This document shows positions 1-7,530 of a stretch of DNA of 29,140 nt, piece by piece. Each line of letters opens with the position of its first letter. Within the stretch, counting starts at the first letter, position 1. This DNA comes from Candidatus Micrarchaeota archaeon (GTDB lineage: Archaea; B1Sed10-29): assembly GCA_964388265.1 (NCBI GenBank), contig CAYLXZ010000009.1:1-29140 (forward strand), given 5' to 3'. The position numbers were made by a program, and so were the translations under genes. The notes below the pieces were generated by a model that did no database searches, was not told the origin of the DNA, and was given only the letters and a program-made list of their open reading frames with translations.

Positions 1-134
1 TCTAGTTCGTGTCCTTCTTCTATGAATTCACCTGTCTCTGGTTCTACAGCTCCGTAGAAACCTATTGGTTCTTCGGAGATCATTACTTCTCCTTCGGCTT
101 TTCCTTTGGATATTGTTCTTCCTTTAAGTTTCAT
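1..134 (-). CDS. Phosphomevalonate dehydratase small subunit (DUF126 / AcnX swivel domain), 3'-truncated by window edge
   Basis: Not in ORF track. ATG at 134 overlaps the TGA of the AcnX large subunit (ATGA). Translates MKLKGRTISKGKAEGEVMISEEPIGFYGAVEPETGEFIEEGHEL, the typical DUF126 N-terminus. Confidence 0.88.
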   Translation of the reverse strand, partial: MKLKGRTISKGKAEGEVMISEEPIGFYGAVEPETGEFIEEGHEL

Positions 135-1309
135 TTAATCACCTTATCTATCAGGTCTTCTTTGTCTGAGAACACGATTTCTTGGTCGCAGAACCCTGGC
201 AGGTAGTTGGCTGCTTTACCTGAATTGGTTCCAGTGTGCTCATACTTCATTTCCTCTAGGGGACATACTACGTTGCAGGTGTCGCAGAGTACTTTGCCTC
301 CTGCTTTCTCTATGTCTTCTGTGTAACCCATTCTATCGGCCCAGGACTTCACAGCTCTATTGGTACAGATCCAGAGATCTTTATCTACTTTTTTTCCTTT
401 GAGTTCTTGAGCTATTTCTCTCAGTTCATTAATAGAAGAGTGTGGACATCCGAATACAACTAGATCAGGATCTTGAACTTGATTTAATTCTTGGTATTCT
501 TCCTTCTTTTCTTTCTCTGTGAATTGAAGTATCTCTAATTCTTCTACGTCTTTTTTATCTGTTGTTATGTCTTCTACGAAGTGTAGTGCTACGGCTCCTG
601 ATGCGGCCATTGCTGCTCCAAGGGATTTAAGTTCATCGGTTCCAGCAGATTTTATTCCTTTGAAGTATGGTTTTCCGTCCTCTACTTTTCTTCCTACCCA
701 CGATCCTAGTGCTCCGAAGTCTGAAACTTTTTCTATATCTGTCTCTACTTCTATTACATGAGTTGGTTCTCTATTTTTTTCTAAATGAAGACCATAGTTT
801 GGGGTTCTTCCTGTTATGGCGGCTGCTAGGGCTGAGGGTCCTCCTTCTCTATTTGTTTTGGCTCCTATAACTGAGTTTGCGAAGGAAACTGCTGATGATT
901 CTGCCCATGCTATGTGTTCGTTTTTCCTTGGGAGGTTTCCTAAGAGGTATGGTGTACAAGATGTGGAGATTATTATCCCCATTTTCTTCATTGCTTTTAT
1001 TATTCTCTTTTGTTTCTCTGCGAATTCCTCTGATATGTTCATTTCTCTCCATCTGTCGAGGTCCATTCCCGCTGGGTTTGCGAAGGTCGGTATTTTTACT
1101 TCTGCTCCTTCTTCCGCGAATCCTTCTAGGAATTCTATGCCTGGGTCTCCTATGGATTTATAGGACACTCCTGAGGCTTGTGCTGAATTAACTTCTATCA
1201 TTTCTTCTGCTCCGTATATGTCTCCTAGTTTTACGAGGAGTTCCATTGCTTTTCTAACTGGTTTTTCTCCGGATTCAAGCATTTTCTCTTCTTTTCTGTT
1301 GAGGTGCAT
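131..1309 (-). CDS. Aconitase X catalytic subunit (DUF521), probable phosphomevalonate dehydratase large subunit
   Basis: Motifs GVSYKSIGDPG, SCTPY, AWAESSAVSFANSVIGAKTNREGGPSALAAAITGRTP, GCPH, CDTC (Fe-S ligand cysteines); flanked by DUF126 and UbiD genes. Confidence 0.9.
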   Translation of the reverse strand: MHLNRKEEKMLESGEKPVRKAMELLVKLGDIYGAEEMIEVNSAQASGVSYKSIGDPGIEFLEGFAEEGAEVKIPTFANPAGMDLDRWREMNISEEFAEKQKRIIKAMKKMGIIISTSCTPYLLGNLPRKNEHIAWAESSAVSFANSVIGAKTNREGGPSALAAAITGRTPNYGLHLEKNREPTHVIEVETDIEKVSDFGALGSWVGRKVEDGKPYFKGIKSAGTDELKSLGAAMAASGAVALHFVEDITTDKKDVEELEILQFTEKEKKEEYQELNQVQDPDLVVFGCPHSSINELREIAQELKGKKVDKDLWICTNRAVKSWADRMGYTEDIEKAGGKVLCDTCNVVCPLEEMKYEHTGTNSGKAANYLPGFCDQEIVFSDKEDLIDKVIK

Positions 1310-2631
1310 TATCTGTATTCCTCCATATCTATGTTTTCTTCTCCTGGTATCTTGGCTTTGGAGAAGTCTTCGTCTTTATCATGTGGCTTGGTAGCGTCCA
1401 CTATCCACTTGGTCATTAATCGGTTCTCGTAGTCTTGTGATGGGTCTAGAGATGATCCTTTGGCTCTTTTAATGAAGTTTATGTCTTTATGTGGCTGCAT
1501 CCTGGTTGCTATGGACCATTCCACTTCTTGTGGGTTTGATGGATCGATGTCTTCATCTACTATTACAACTCTTTTCATGGAAGGATGTCCTGCGAGCGCT
1601 GCCATTCCTGCGTTTTTAGCATCTCCTTCATTTCTTTTCTTTATCTGTACTACTCCATGTAGCCATGAGCATCCTCCTTTTGATACTACTACGTTCTGTA
1701 CGGTTGGAACTGTTTCACGTACTTTGTTGTATATTCGGGGTTCTTGTGGTAGCCCCATCAGGTGTTTGTGTTCGTCTTTACCAGGTACCAGGAATCTGAT
1801 GTAGGGATTTTCTTTCATGTATAATTTGTCTATTTCTAAGATGTGTTGTTGTCTTTCTTTGTCCCAGGTTTCTGATAGGTCAACGAAAGGTCCTTCTTTA
1901 TCTTTCTCTGATGTTATTCTTCCTTTCATGATTATTTCAGCGTCTTCTGGAACTTTCAATCCATCTAGATCCATCACTTTAAGCTCCTTATCCATCAGGG
2001 CATTGGCGTACTGCAGTTCATTCATGTCCGGTGAACCTGAAGTTGCTCCGGCTATCTCTACTGCAGGATGTACTCCTCTAATTATAGCTACTTCGAGATC
2101 CCCTTTCGTCTTCTCCTTGATTTCGTATAGGTGTCGTGGCACTATCCTTATAGTGAACCTGTTTTCTCCATGGTACATCATTCTATGGAATGATAGGTTC
2201 TGGTTCCCTGTCTCAGGATCTTTAGCTATAACCATACAGGAGGCTAGGTACTTAGGATCCTTCACTTCACCATCTTCCTCTTTTCTATAGTACTTTAGGA
2301 CAGGATAGTGGTCTTCGATATCTGGCTCGTTAAATTTCCTGTAGTCTTTGATTGACCTACTGGACTCTTTGCATTCTTCCAGGGAATTATAAGCGTTGGA
2401 TAACTCGAATAAAATCTCCTGCTTCTCAACACCGAGAGAGTCCGCTATCAGTTCTCTTGATGACACTGTATTAGATACTAGTTTGATATCTGGATATCCT
2501 TCCACGTTTTCGAATACAATTGGTTTGGATTGATCCTCTGAAGCTAGTGAACCTGCTTCAAAGTTAGGTTTAACGGATTCAGAAATCTTGTTTACATCCT
2601 TTTGGTTATCTAGAAATTCTCTGAAAGACAT
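1309..2631 (-). CDS. UbiD-family prFMN-dependent decarboxylase, probable anhydromevalonate phosphate decarboxylase
   Basis: UbiD motifs SFHRMM, EGPFVD, GGCSWLHGVVQI, VIVDEDID..EVEWSIATR, GSSLDPS, IVDATKP; translationally coupled (TAATG) to AcnX; GGTAGGGGGT SD-like leader. Confidence 0.88.
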   Translation of the reverse strand: MSFREFLDNQKDVNKISESVKPNFEAGSLASEDQSKPIVFENVEGYPDIKLVSNTVSSRELIADSLGVEKQEILFELSNAYNSLEECKESSRSIKDYRKFNEPDIEDHYPVLKYYRKEEDGEVKDPKYLASCMVIAKDPETGNQNLSFHRMMYHGENRFTIRIVPRHLYEIKEKTKGDLEVAIIRGVHPAVEIAGATSGSPDMNELQYANALMDKELKVMDLDGLKVPEDAEIIMKGRITSEKDKEGPFVDLSETWDKERQQHILEIDKLYMKENPYIRFLVPGKDEHKHLMGLPQEPRIYNKVRETVPTVQNVVVSKGGCSWLHGVVQIKKRNEGDAKNAGMAALAGHPSMKRVVIVDEDIDPSNPQEVEWSIATRMQPHKDINFIKRAKGSSLDPSQDYENRLMTKWIVDATKPHDKDEDFSKAKIPGEENIDMEEYR

Positions 2632-2743
2632 ATCGCTTTACCCCCTACCATACTTACTTCATGGTCGATTATAAATCTACTTCACGTTGATCATCGAGAT
2701 GGAAAGAGTGAAAAGAGTGGAGTGATGTAACTATACGAGATAG

Positions 2744-3391
2744 ATGAAAGGAGAAACAGTGAAGACCAGGGAAAACGGTGAAATGAGGCTAGTAGAGAAA
2801 AAAGATAAACTAGAACTTCGAACAAAGAGAGGAAGCATCTTCTCCCGAGAAGTCAAAAACTCACAGTTCTCAGGAGGATATTGGGACCAACTAGCTCTAG
2901 TTCCAAATGAAGAAGAATCCAAGAAGACACTTATACTCGGAGTAGGGTGCGGAACCCTAGCAAAAGTAATGAAGAACATACATGGAAACATAGAGATACA
3001 TGGAGTAGACATAGATCCACAGATAATCCAGCTGGGAAGAGAGAAATTCAATCTAGAGGAAAACACGGATAAGATACACATAGAAGAAGCTGAAAAATTC
3101 CTAGATAAGACAAAAGAGAAATACAGCTATATAGCCATTGACTGCTTCAAAGGAAAACAAGTTCCTCCACGGATAAAGACCAGTGAATTCATAGAAAAAG
3201 CAAGAAACCAACTAGAACCAGAAGGAAAAATCGCATTCAACATCATGCTACCAATGGAAACAAGGGAAATAAAGAAAAACATGGAGAAAGTAATGAATAA
3301 CATCAAAGAGAAAAAAATCAAAAACATACCAAACACAATCCTAACAGCAAGGAGGGATCAAGATAGACAAAAAAACCAAGAAAGGCCTTGA
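2744..3391 (+). CDS. Class I SAM-dependent methyltransferase, spermidine-synthase-like
   Basis: Motif I ILGVGCG, GVDIDP, IAIDCF, LEPEGKIAFN; substrate unknown. Confidence 0.75.
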   Translation: MKGETVKTRENGEMRLVEKKDKLELRTKRGSIFSREVKNSQFSGGYWDQLALVPNEEESKKTLILGVGCGTLAKVMKNIHGNIEIHGVDIDPQIIQLGREKFNLEENTDKIHIEEAEKFLDKTKEKYSYIAIDCFKGKQVPPRIKTSEFIEKARNQLEPEGKIAFNIMLPMETREIKKNMEKVMNNIKEKKIKNIPNTILTARRDQDRQKNQERP

Positions 3392-3575
3392 ACTAAGGTT
3401 AGAGAGCCTGAAAGACATATCAGAAAGCTACTCCATGAAAGAATGTCTAGAAGACCTGGAAGAAATAACTGAAATGCTTGACGAAGAAGAAGAGTCTGAG
3501 ATACTAGAAAAGATTCGAGACATGGAGAAAAGAGTACGGGAAAAAGTCCTAGAAGATAAAAAAGGATCAAAATGA
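3363..3575 (+). CDS. Small acidic helical hypothetical protein (70 aa from ATA 3363, or 46 aa from ATG 3435)
   Basis: Open frame fills the gap before gltX and ends in an ATGA overlap with gltX. Codon usage is like the neighbours. SD GGAGGGATCAAG directly precedes ATA 3363. Sequence (M)DKKTKKGLELRLESLKDISESYSMKECLEDLEEITEMLDEEEESEILEKIRDMEKRVREKVLEDKKGSK. Confidence 0.6.
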   Translation: MDKKTKKGLELRLESLKDISESYSMKECLEDLEEITEMLDEEEESEILEKIRDMEKRVREKVLEDKKGSK

Positions 3576-5263
3576 AGTACCTGATCAAGAAATACGCTCT
3601 CAAGAACGCGTACGAACACGAAGGAGAAGCTCAAGTAAAGCCAGTTATGAACAAAGTCCTAGGAGAAAAACCAGAGCTAAAAGAAGATATGAGCAAGCTA
3701 GGAAGAGAAGTTAACGAAGTAGTGGAAGAAGTAAACCAGATGCCTAAGAAGAAACAAGAAAGAAAACTCATAGAGATGTATCCAGAAGCACTGGAACAGG
3801 AAGAAGAGGAAGAAGAAATACCAGAACTACCTGGAGACACATCGGAAGTAGTGATGAGGTTCGCACCCTACCCCTCAGGCCCACTACATATTGGACATGC
3901 ACGACAAGCAGTTCTAAACAACGAATACGCGAAGGAAAAAAATGATGGAAAGTTCTATCTAGTTATAGACGACACCATAGGGTCGGAAGAGAAGAACGTG
4001 GATCCAGAAGCCTACGAAATGATAAAAGAAGACATGAAATGGTTGGGGTTAGATTACGATGAAGTTCACCTCAAGTCCGAGAGACTGGAAAAATACTACA
4101 AATGGGCAAAGAAACTGATAGATCGAGATAAAGCCTATGTATGTAACTGCAGCGCGGAGGAACTCAGGAAAAACAGAGAAGAAGGAGAAGAATGCAGCCA
4201 TAGAACACGTTCAGTTTCAGAGAACAAAGAAGAATTCCAGAAAATGCTTGAACATGAATACACAGAAGGTGAAGCAGTTCTAAGAATAAAAACAGATATG
4301 GAGCACAAAGACCCCGCATTCAGAGACAGAGTGATAATGAGAATAAGCGAAAGAGAACACCCTAAAACAGGTTCAGAGTACCACGTATGGCCCTTGCTGG
4401 ATTTCTCCTGGGCAGTGGATGACCATCTACTAGGCATGACACACATACTTAGAGGCAAGGATCTCCTGATGGAGACGAAGATGGAGAAATACATATGGGA
4501 TTGCCTAGACATCGATCACAGCGACGTGGAGTTCATACACACAGGTAGATTAAACCTAGAAGGACAGAAAATAAGCACTTCGACTTCAAAGAAGAAGATA
4601 AAACAAGGGGAGTACCATGGATGGGAAGATCCCAGGACATGGAGCATCCGATCCCTTAGAAAAAGAGGTATAACACCAGAAGGGATAAGAAACTTTATAA
4701 TAAACAACGGAGTAAGCGAAAGCAGTTCAACAGTTCCATTAAACAGTCTTTACTCAGAAAACAGGAAAGTAATCGACTCAGAAACACGTAGGTTCTTCTT
4801 CGTACCCACCCCAGTAGAACTAAAGGTTAAAGGTACCCCTGAACTCGATGTAGACGTACCCATGCACCCTCAAGAAGACCTAGGTAAGAAAGAATATAGC
4901 TTTGGATCGGGAGAAGAAACATTCCTCGTTCCAAGAGAAGACTTCAAAGAAAAAGAAGAAGGAGACAAGGTCAGACTAAAGGGAGCATTTTCAATCAAGA
5001 TAAAAGAAAACACAGGAGATTACATTGAATCCAGGTTCAACACAACCGAGCTACAGGAAGATGTAACCGATGTGGTGCAATGGGTAACGGAAGACAGTTT
5101 CCCTGTATCAGTTACCCTTCCCAACGCCGACATAGAGAAAGGTCAGGGTGAAAAACACCTGGAAAAAACCCATGAAAACGAAGTGATCCAGTTCGAAAGA
5201 TACGGATTCGTAAAAATAAACAAGAAGAACAAAGAGATAAAGACAAGTTTCGCACATCGATAA
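3572..5263 (+). CDS. gltX: Glutamate--tRNA ligase (archaeal type)
   Basis: RFAPYPSGPLHIGH (HIGH), THILRGKD, KISTS (KMSKS variant), GWEDPRTWSIRSLRKRG, QFERYGF. Confidence 0.97.
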   Translation: MKYLIKKYALKNAYEHEGEAQVKPVMNKVLGEKPELKEDMSKLGREVNEVVEEVNQMPKKKQERKLIEMYPEALEQEEEEEEIPELPGDTSEVVMRFAPYPSGPLHIGHARQAVLNNEYAKEKNDGKFYLVIDDTIGSEEKNVDPEAYEMIKEDMKWLGLDYDEVHLKSERLEKYYKWAKKLIDRDKAYVCNCSAEELRKNREEGEECSHRTRSVSENKEEFQKMLEHEYTEGEAVLRIKTDMEHKDPAFRDRVIMRISEREHPKTGSEYHVWPLLDFSWAVDDHLLGMTHILRGKDLLMETKMEKYIWDCLDIDHSDVEFIHTGRLNLEGQKISTSTSKKKIKQGEYHGWEDPRTWSIRSLRKRGITPEGIRNFIINNGVSESSSTVPLNSLYSENRKVIDSETRRFFFVPTPVELKVKGTPELDVDVPMHPQEDLGKKEYSFGSGEETFLVPREDFKEKEEGDKVRLKGAFSIKIKENTGDYIESRFNTTELQEDVTDVVQWVTEDSFPVSVTLPNADIEKGQGEKHLEKTHENEVIQFERYGFVKINKKNKEIKTSFAHR

Positions 5264-5289
5264 TACGACAGGCTACAAGAAGAAAATTT

Positions 5290-5306
5290 AAAAAAAAAAA
5301 AAAAAA
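5290..5306 (+). repeat. A17 homopolymer in gltX-idi spacer
   Basis: 17 consecutive A directly after TTT (TTTAAAAA is TATA-like). Confidence 0.9.
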
Positions 5307-5330
5307 CAAGAACCCAGAGGTGAAGCAATA

Positions 5331-5849
5331 ATGACCGAAAAAGTAATACTAGTTGACGAAGACGACAACAAAGTAGGAACCGAAGAAAAACTAAAAGCAC
5401 ATCAAGACGGAGGAAAACTACACAGATGCTTCTCAATATTCATATTCAACGACAAAGGAGAACTAATGCTTCAAAAAAGAGCAGAACAAAAATACCACTG
5501 TCCAGACCTATGGACAAACACCTGCTGCAGCCACCCAAGACCAGGAGAACCACTTGAAGAAGCAGCACACAGAAGAATAAAAGAGGAAATGGGTTTCGAC
5601 TGCCCAATGGAAGAGAAATTCACCTTCACCTACAAAGCAGACTTCGAAAACGGATTAACAGAACACGAATACGACCACGTCTACATAGGGAAATACAACG
5701 GAGAACCAGATCCAAATCCAGAGGAAGCAGGGGACTGGAAATGGATAAAACCTAAAAAGCTAAATCAAGATATAGAGAAAAACCCAGAAAGATACACTCC
5801 ATGGTTCAAGAAAGCCCTAGACAAAGCCCTGAATCACATCCCGGAGTAA
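5331..5849 (+). CDS. idi: Isopentenyl-diphosphate delta-isomerase, type 1 (Nudix fold)
   Basis: KLKAH, LHRCFSIFIFN, LQKRA, WTNTCCSHP, EHEYDHVY, YTPWF; SD GAGGTGA. Confidence 0.96.
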   Translation: MTEKVILVDEDDNKVGTEEKLKAHQDGGKLHRCFSIFIFNDKGELMLQKRAEQKYHCPDLWTNTCCSHPRPGEPLEEAAHRRIKEEMGFDCPMEEKFTFTYKADFENGLTEHEYDHVYIGKYNGEPDPNPEEAGDWKWIKPKKLNQDIEKNPERYTPWFKKALDKALNHIPE

Positions 5850-5854
5850 AAGCT

Positions 5855-5868
5855 GAAACCTTTTTATA
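5855..5868 (+). promoter_or_regulatory. Putative BRE/TATA promoter of the rpl7ae superoperon
   Basis: GAAACC followed by TTTTTATA (5861-5868), about 100 nt upstream of rpl7ae; predicted TSS near 5892-5895. Confidence 0.6.
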
Positions 5869-5926
5869 CACCGGCGCAGGAAAATAATACACTGAATCTT
5901 AAGAGATCAACTTCAACGATCTTGAT

Positions 5927-5965
5927 TCTAGATGAAGCCAATGAACAACCACGAGGTGAATAGAG
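5927..5965 (+). promoter_or_regulatory. Putative kink-turn in rpl7ae 5' UTR covering the SD
   Basis: TCTA-GAT-GAA-GCC (5927-5939) can pair with GGT-GAA-TAGA (5955-5964), which overlaps SD GAGGTGA. L7Ae autoregulation through 5' UTR k-turns is known in archaea. Confidence 0.55.
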
Positions 5966-6334
5966 ATGACAGCACCATATATGGACTTCGAAGTACCTGA
6001 AGAACTTGCAGAAAAAACATACGAAGCAATAGAGATCGCTAGGAACACAGGAGAAGTAACACAAGGAGTAAACGAAGTGACAAAGGCTATAGAAAGAAAA
6101 AACGCTGAAATAATTATAATAGCAGAAGACATAGAACCTCCTGAAATAGTAGCACACCTACCAATGCTAGCGAAAGAAAAAAACATACCATACACATTCG
6201 TACCATCAAAGAAAGAACTAGGATCAGCAAGCGGACTACCAGTACAATCCTCAAGCATAGCAATCACAGACACAGGAGACGCATCCAGCGAAATAAAAGA
6301 CATAATCGAAAAAACAGACGAACTAAAAGAATGA
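5966..6334 (+). CDS. rpl7ae: 50S ribosomal protein L7Ae (eL8)
   Basis: GVNEVTKAIER, IAEDIEPPEIVAHLP, VPSKKELGSASGL. Confidence 0.98.
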   Translation: MTAPYMDFEVPEELAEKTYEAIEIARNTGEVTQGVNEVTKAIERKNAEIIIIAEDIEPPEIVAHLPMLAKEKNIPYTFVPSKKELGSASGLPVQSSSIAITDTGDASSEIKDIIEKTDELKE

Positions 6335-6341
6335 GAGCAAA

Positions 6342-6400
6342 AAGGTGAATACAGATGAACCTTATCCCCCCAAGAAAAAATAAAGAGGAACGATAAGATG
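6342..6400 (+). promoter_or_regulatory. Leader element copy 1 (k-loop + uORF + SD-sequestering stem) before rps28e
   Basis: AAGGT-GA-ATACAGAT-GA-ACCTT hairpin; 13-codon uORF 6355-6396; CTTATC/GATAAG stem; ends GAGGAACGATAAGATG. Confidence 0.5.
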
Positions 6401-6610
6401 AGTGAAAAAGAAGCGGAAAAAGCAAAAGTAATAGAAGTAATCGGAAAAACAGGAGTACAAGGAGGAATCAACCAAGTAATGGCAAAAGTCCTAGAAGGAA
6501 AAGAAGAAGGAAGAACAAAAAGAAGAAACGTCAAAGGACCAGTCAAAGAAGGAGACATCCTACTACTCAAAGACACAGAAACCGAAGCCAAGCCAATAGG
6601 CGGAAGATAA
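6398..6610 (+). CDS. rps28e: 30S ribosomal protein S28e
   Basis: AKVIEVIGKTGVQG, RNVKGPVKEGDILLL, ETEAK. Confidence 0.97.
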   Translation: MSEKEAEKAKVIEVIGKTGVQGGINQVMAKVLEGKEEGRTKRRNVKGPVKEGDILLLKDTETEAKPIGGR

Positions 6611-6624
6611 ACCAGGTGAAGAAA

Positions 6625-6789
6625 ATGAAATGCAGCTTCTGCAAAGAAGAAGTACCAAAAGGCGAAGGAAAACTATACATCACACAAAAAGGAGAAAGAC
6701 ACTTCTACTGCTCCAGCAAATGCGAAAAAAACCACAGAAAACTAGAAAAGAAACCAAGAGAAGTAGAATGGGTAGAAAAAAGTGATTAA
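6625..6789 (+). CDS. rpl24e: 50S ribosomal protein L24e
   Basis: Below the ORF-track cutoff. MKCSFCKEEVPKGEGKLYITQKGERHFYCSSKCEKN...PREVEWV with CxxC...CSSKC; SD AGGTGA; canonical position. Confidence 0.96.
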   Translation: MKCSFCKEEVPKGEGKLYITQKGERHFYCSSKCEKNHRKLEKKPREVEWVEKSD

Positions 6790-6837
6790 ATGAATCATTA
6801 TCCTTCCCCCTAAAAACGAACGAGGAACGATAAGATG
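6781..6837 (+). promoter_or_regulatory. Leader element copy 2 before ndk
   Basis: AGTGA..ATGAA..TTATCC..CCCC..AAAA..GAGGAACGATAAGATG; last 16 nt identical to copy 1; 7-codon uORF 6790-6813; TTATC-C-TTCC / GGAA-C-GATAA stem. Confidence 0.5.
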
Positions 6838-7443
6838 GAAGAAGACACACGAACACTTATACTCATAAAACCAGACGGCGTGAAAAGAGGAATCACAGGA
6901 CAAATAATAGAAAGATTCGAACAAAAAGGACTGCGATTAATCGGAATGAAGATGATCAAAGCCACACAGAAACAGCTAGAAAAACACTACCCAGACACCA
7001 TGGCAAGAGGAATCGGAGAAAAAGCAAAAGAACAGTTCCAAAGCCAAGACAAAGAATTCCCCTGGGACACCAAAGAATACGGAATGATCATCGTGAAACA
7101 ACTAAGAGACTTCCTAAGCAAAACACCAATCATAGCAATGGTATTCCAAGGACCACACGCACCAGAAACAGGTAGAAAAATAGCAGGAAACACAGAACCA
7201 CACAACGCCGACCCAGGAACAATAAGAGGAGACTTCCACACAGAATCATACGAATACGCCAACATGAAAGACAGACCAGTACGAAACCTCATCCACGCAG
7301 CAGACAAAGAAAACGCAGAGAAAGAAATCAACATCTGGTTCAACGAAGACGAACTATACGAAGAAGAATACGAAAGAGCCGAAGAAGAAATAATGAGAGC
7401 ACCACAACAAGGCCCAAGCATAGAAGACCTCGACCAGAAATAA
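6835..7443 (+). CDS. ndk: Nucleoside diphosphate kinase (long form with internal insertion)
   Basis: TLILIKPDGVKRG, PGTIRGDF, RNLIHAAD (catalytic His), EINIWF. Confidence 0.95.
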   Translation: MEEDTRTLILIKPDGVKRGITGQIIERFEQKGLRLIGMKMIKATQKQLEKHYPDTMARGIGEKAKEQFQSQDKEFPWDTKEYGMIIVKQLRDFLSKTPIIAMVFQGPHAPETGRKIAGNTEPHNADPGTIRGDFHTESYEYANMKDRPVRNLIHAADKENAEKEINIWFNEDELYEEEYERAEEEIMRAPQQGPSIEDLDQK

Positions 7444-7466
7444 CCATCAAAATAATAACTCGACTC

Positions 7467-7510
7467 CCTCGGAAAGGACACCACCGGACTGAGGCTACAT
7501 TCTAGCCTCA
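7467..7510 (+). promoter_or_regulatory. GC-rich hairpin in ndk-infB spacer
   Basis: Perfect 8-bp stem TGAGGCTA (7490-7497) / TAGCCTCA (7503-7510); alternative pairing CCTCGG (7467-7472) / CTGAGG (7489-7494). Confidence 0.45.
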
Positions 7511-7530
7511 AAGCCAACAAAGTGACTAAG

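Noticed and set aside
2701..2726. Short repeats AAAGAGTG/GAGTG in the ubiD-methyltransferase divergent spacer
   Set aside because: Too short and purine-biased to distinguish from chance; no palindrome or regulator nearby.
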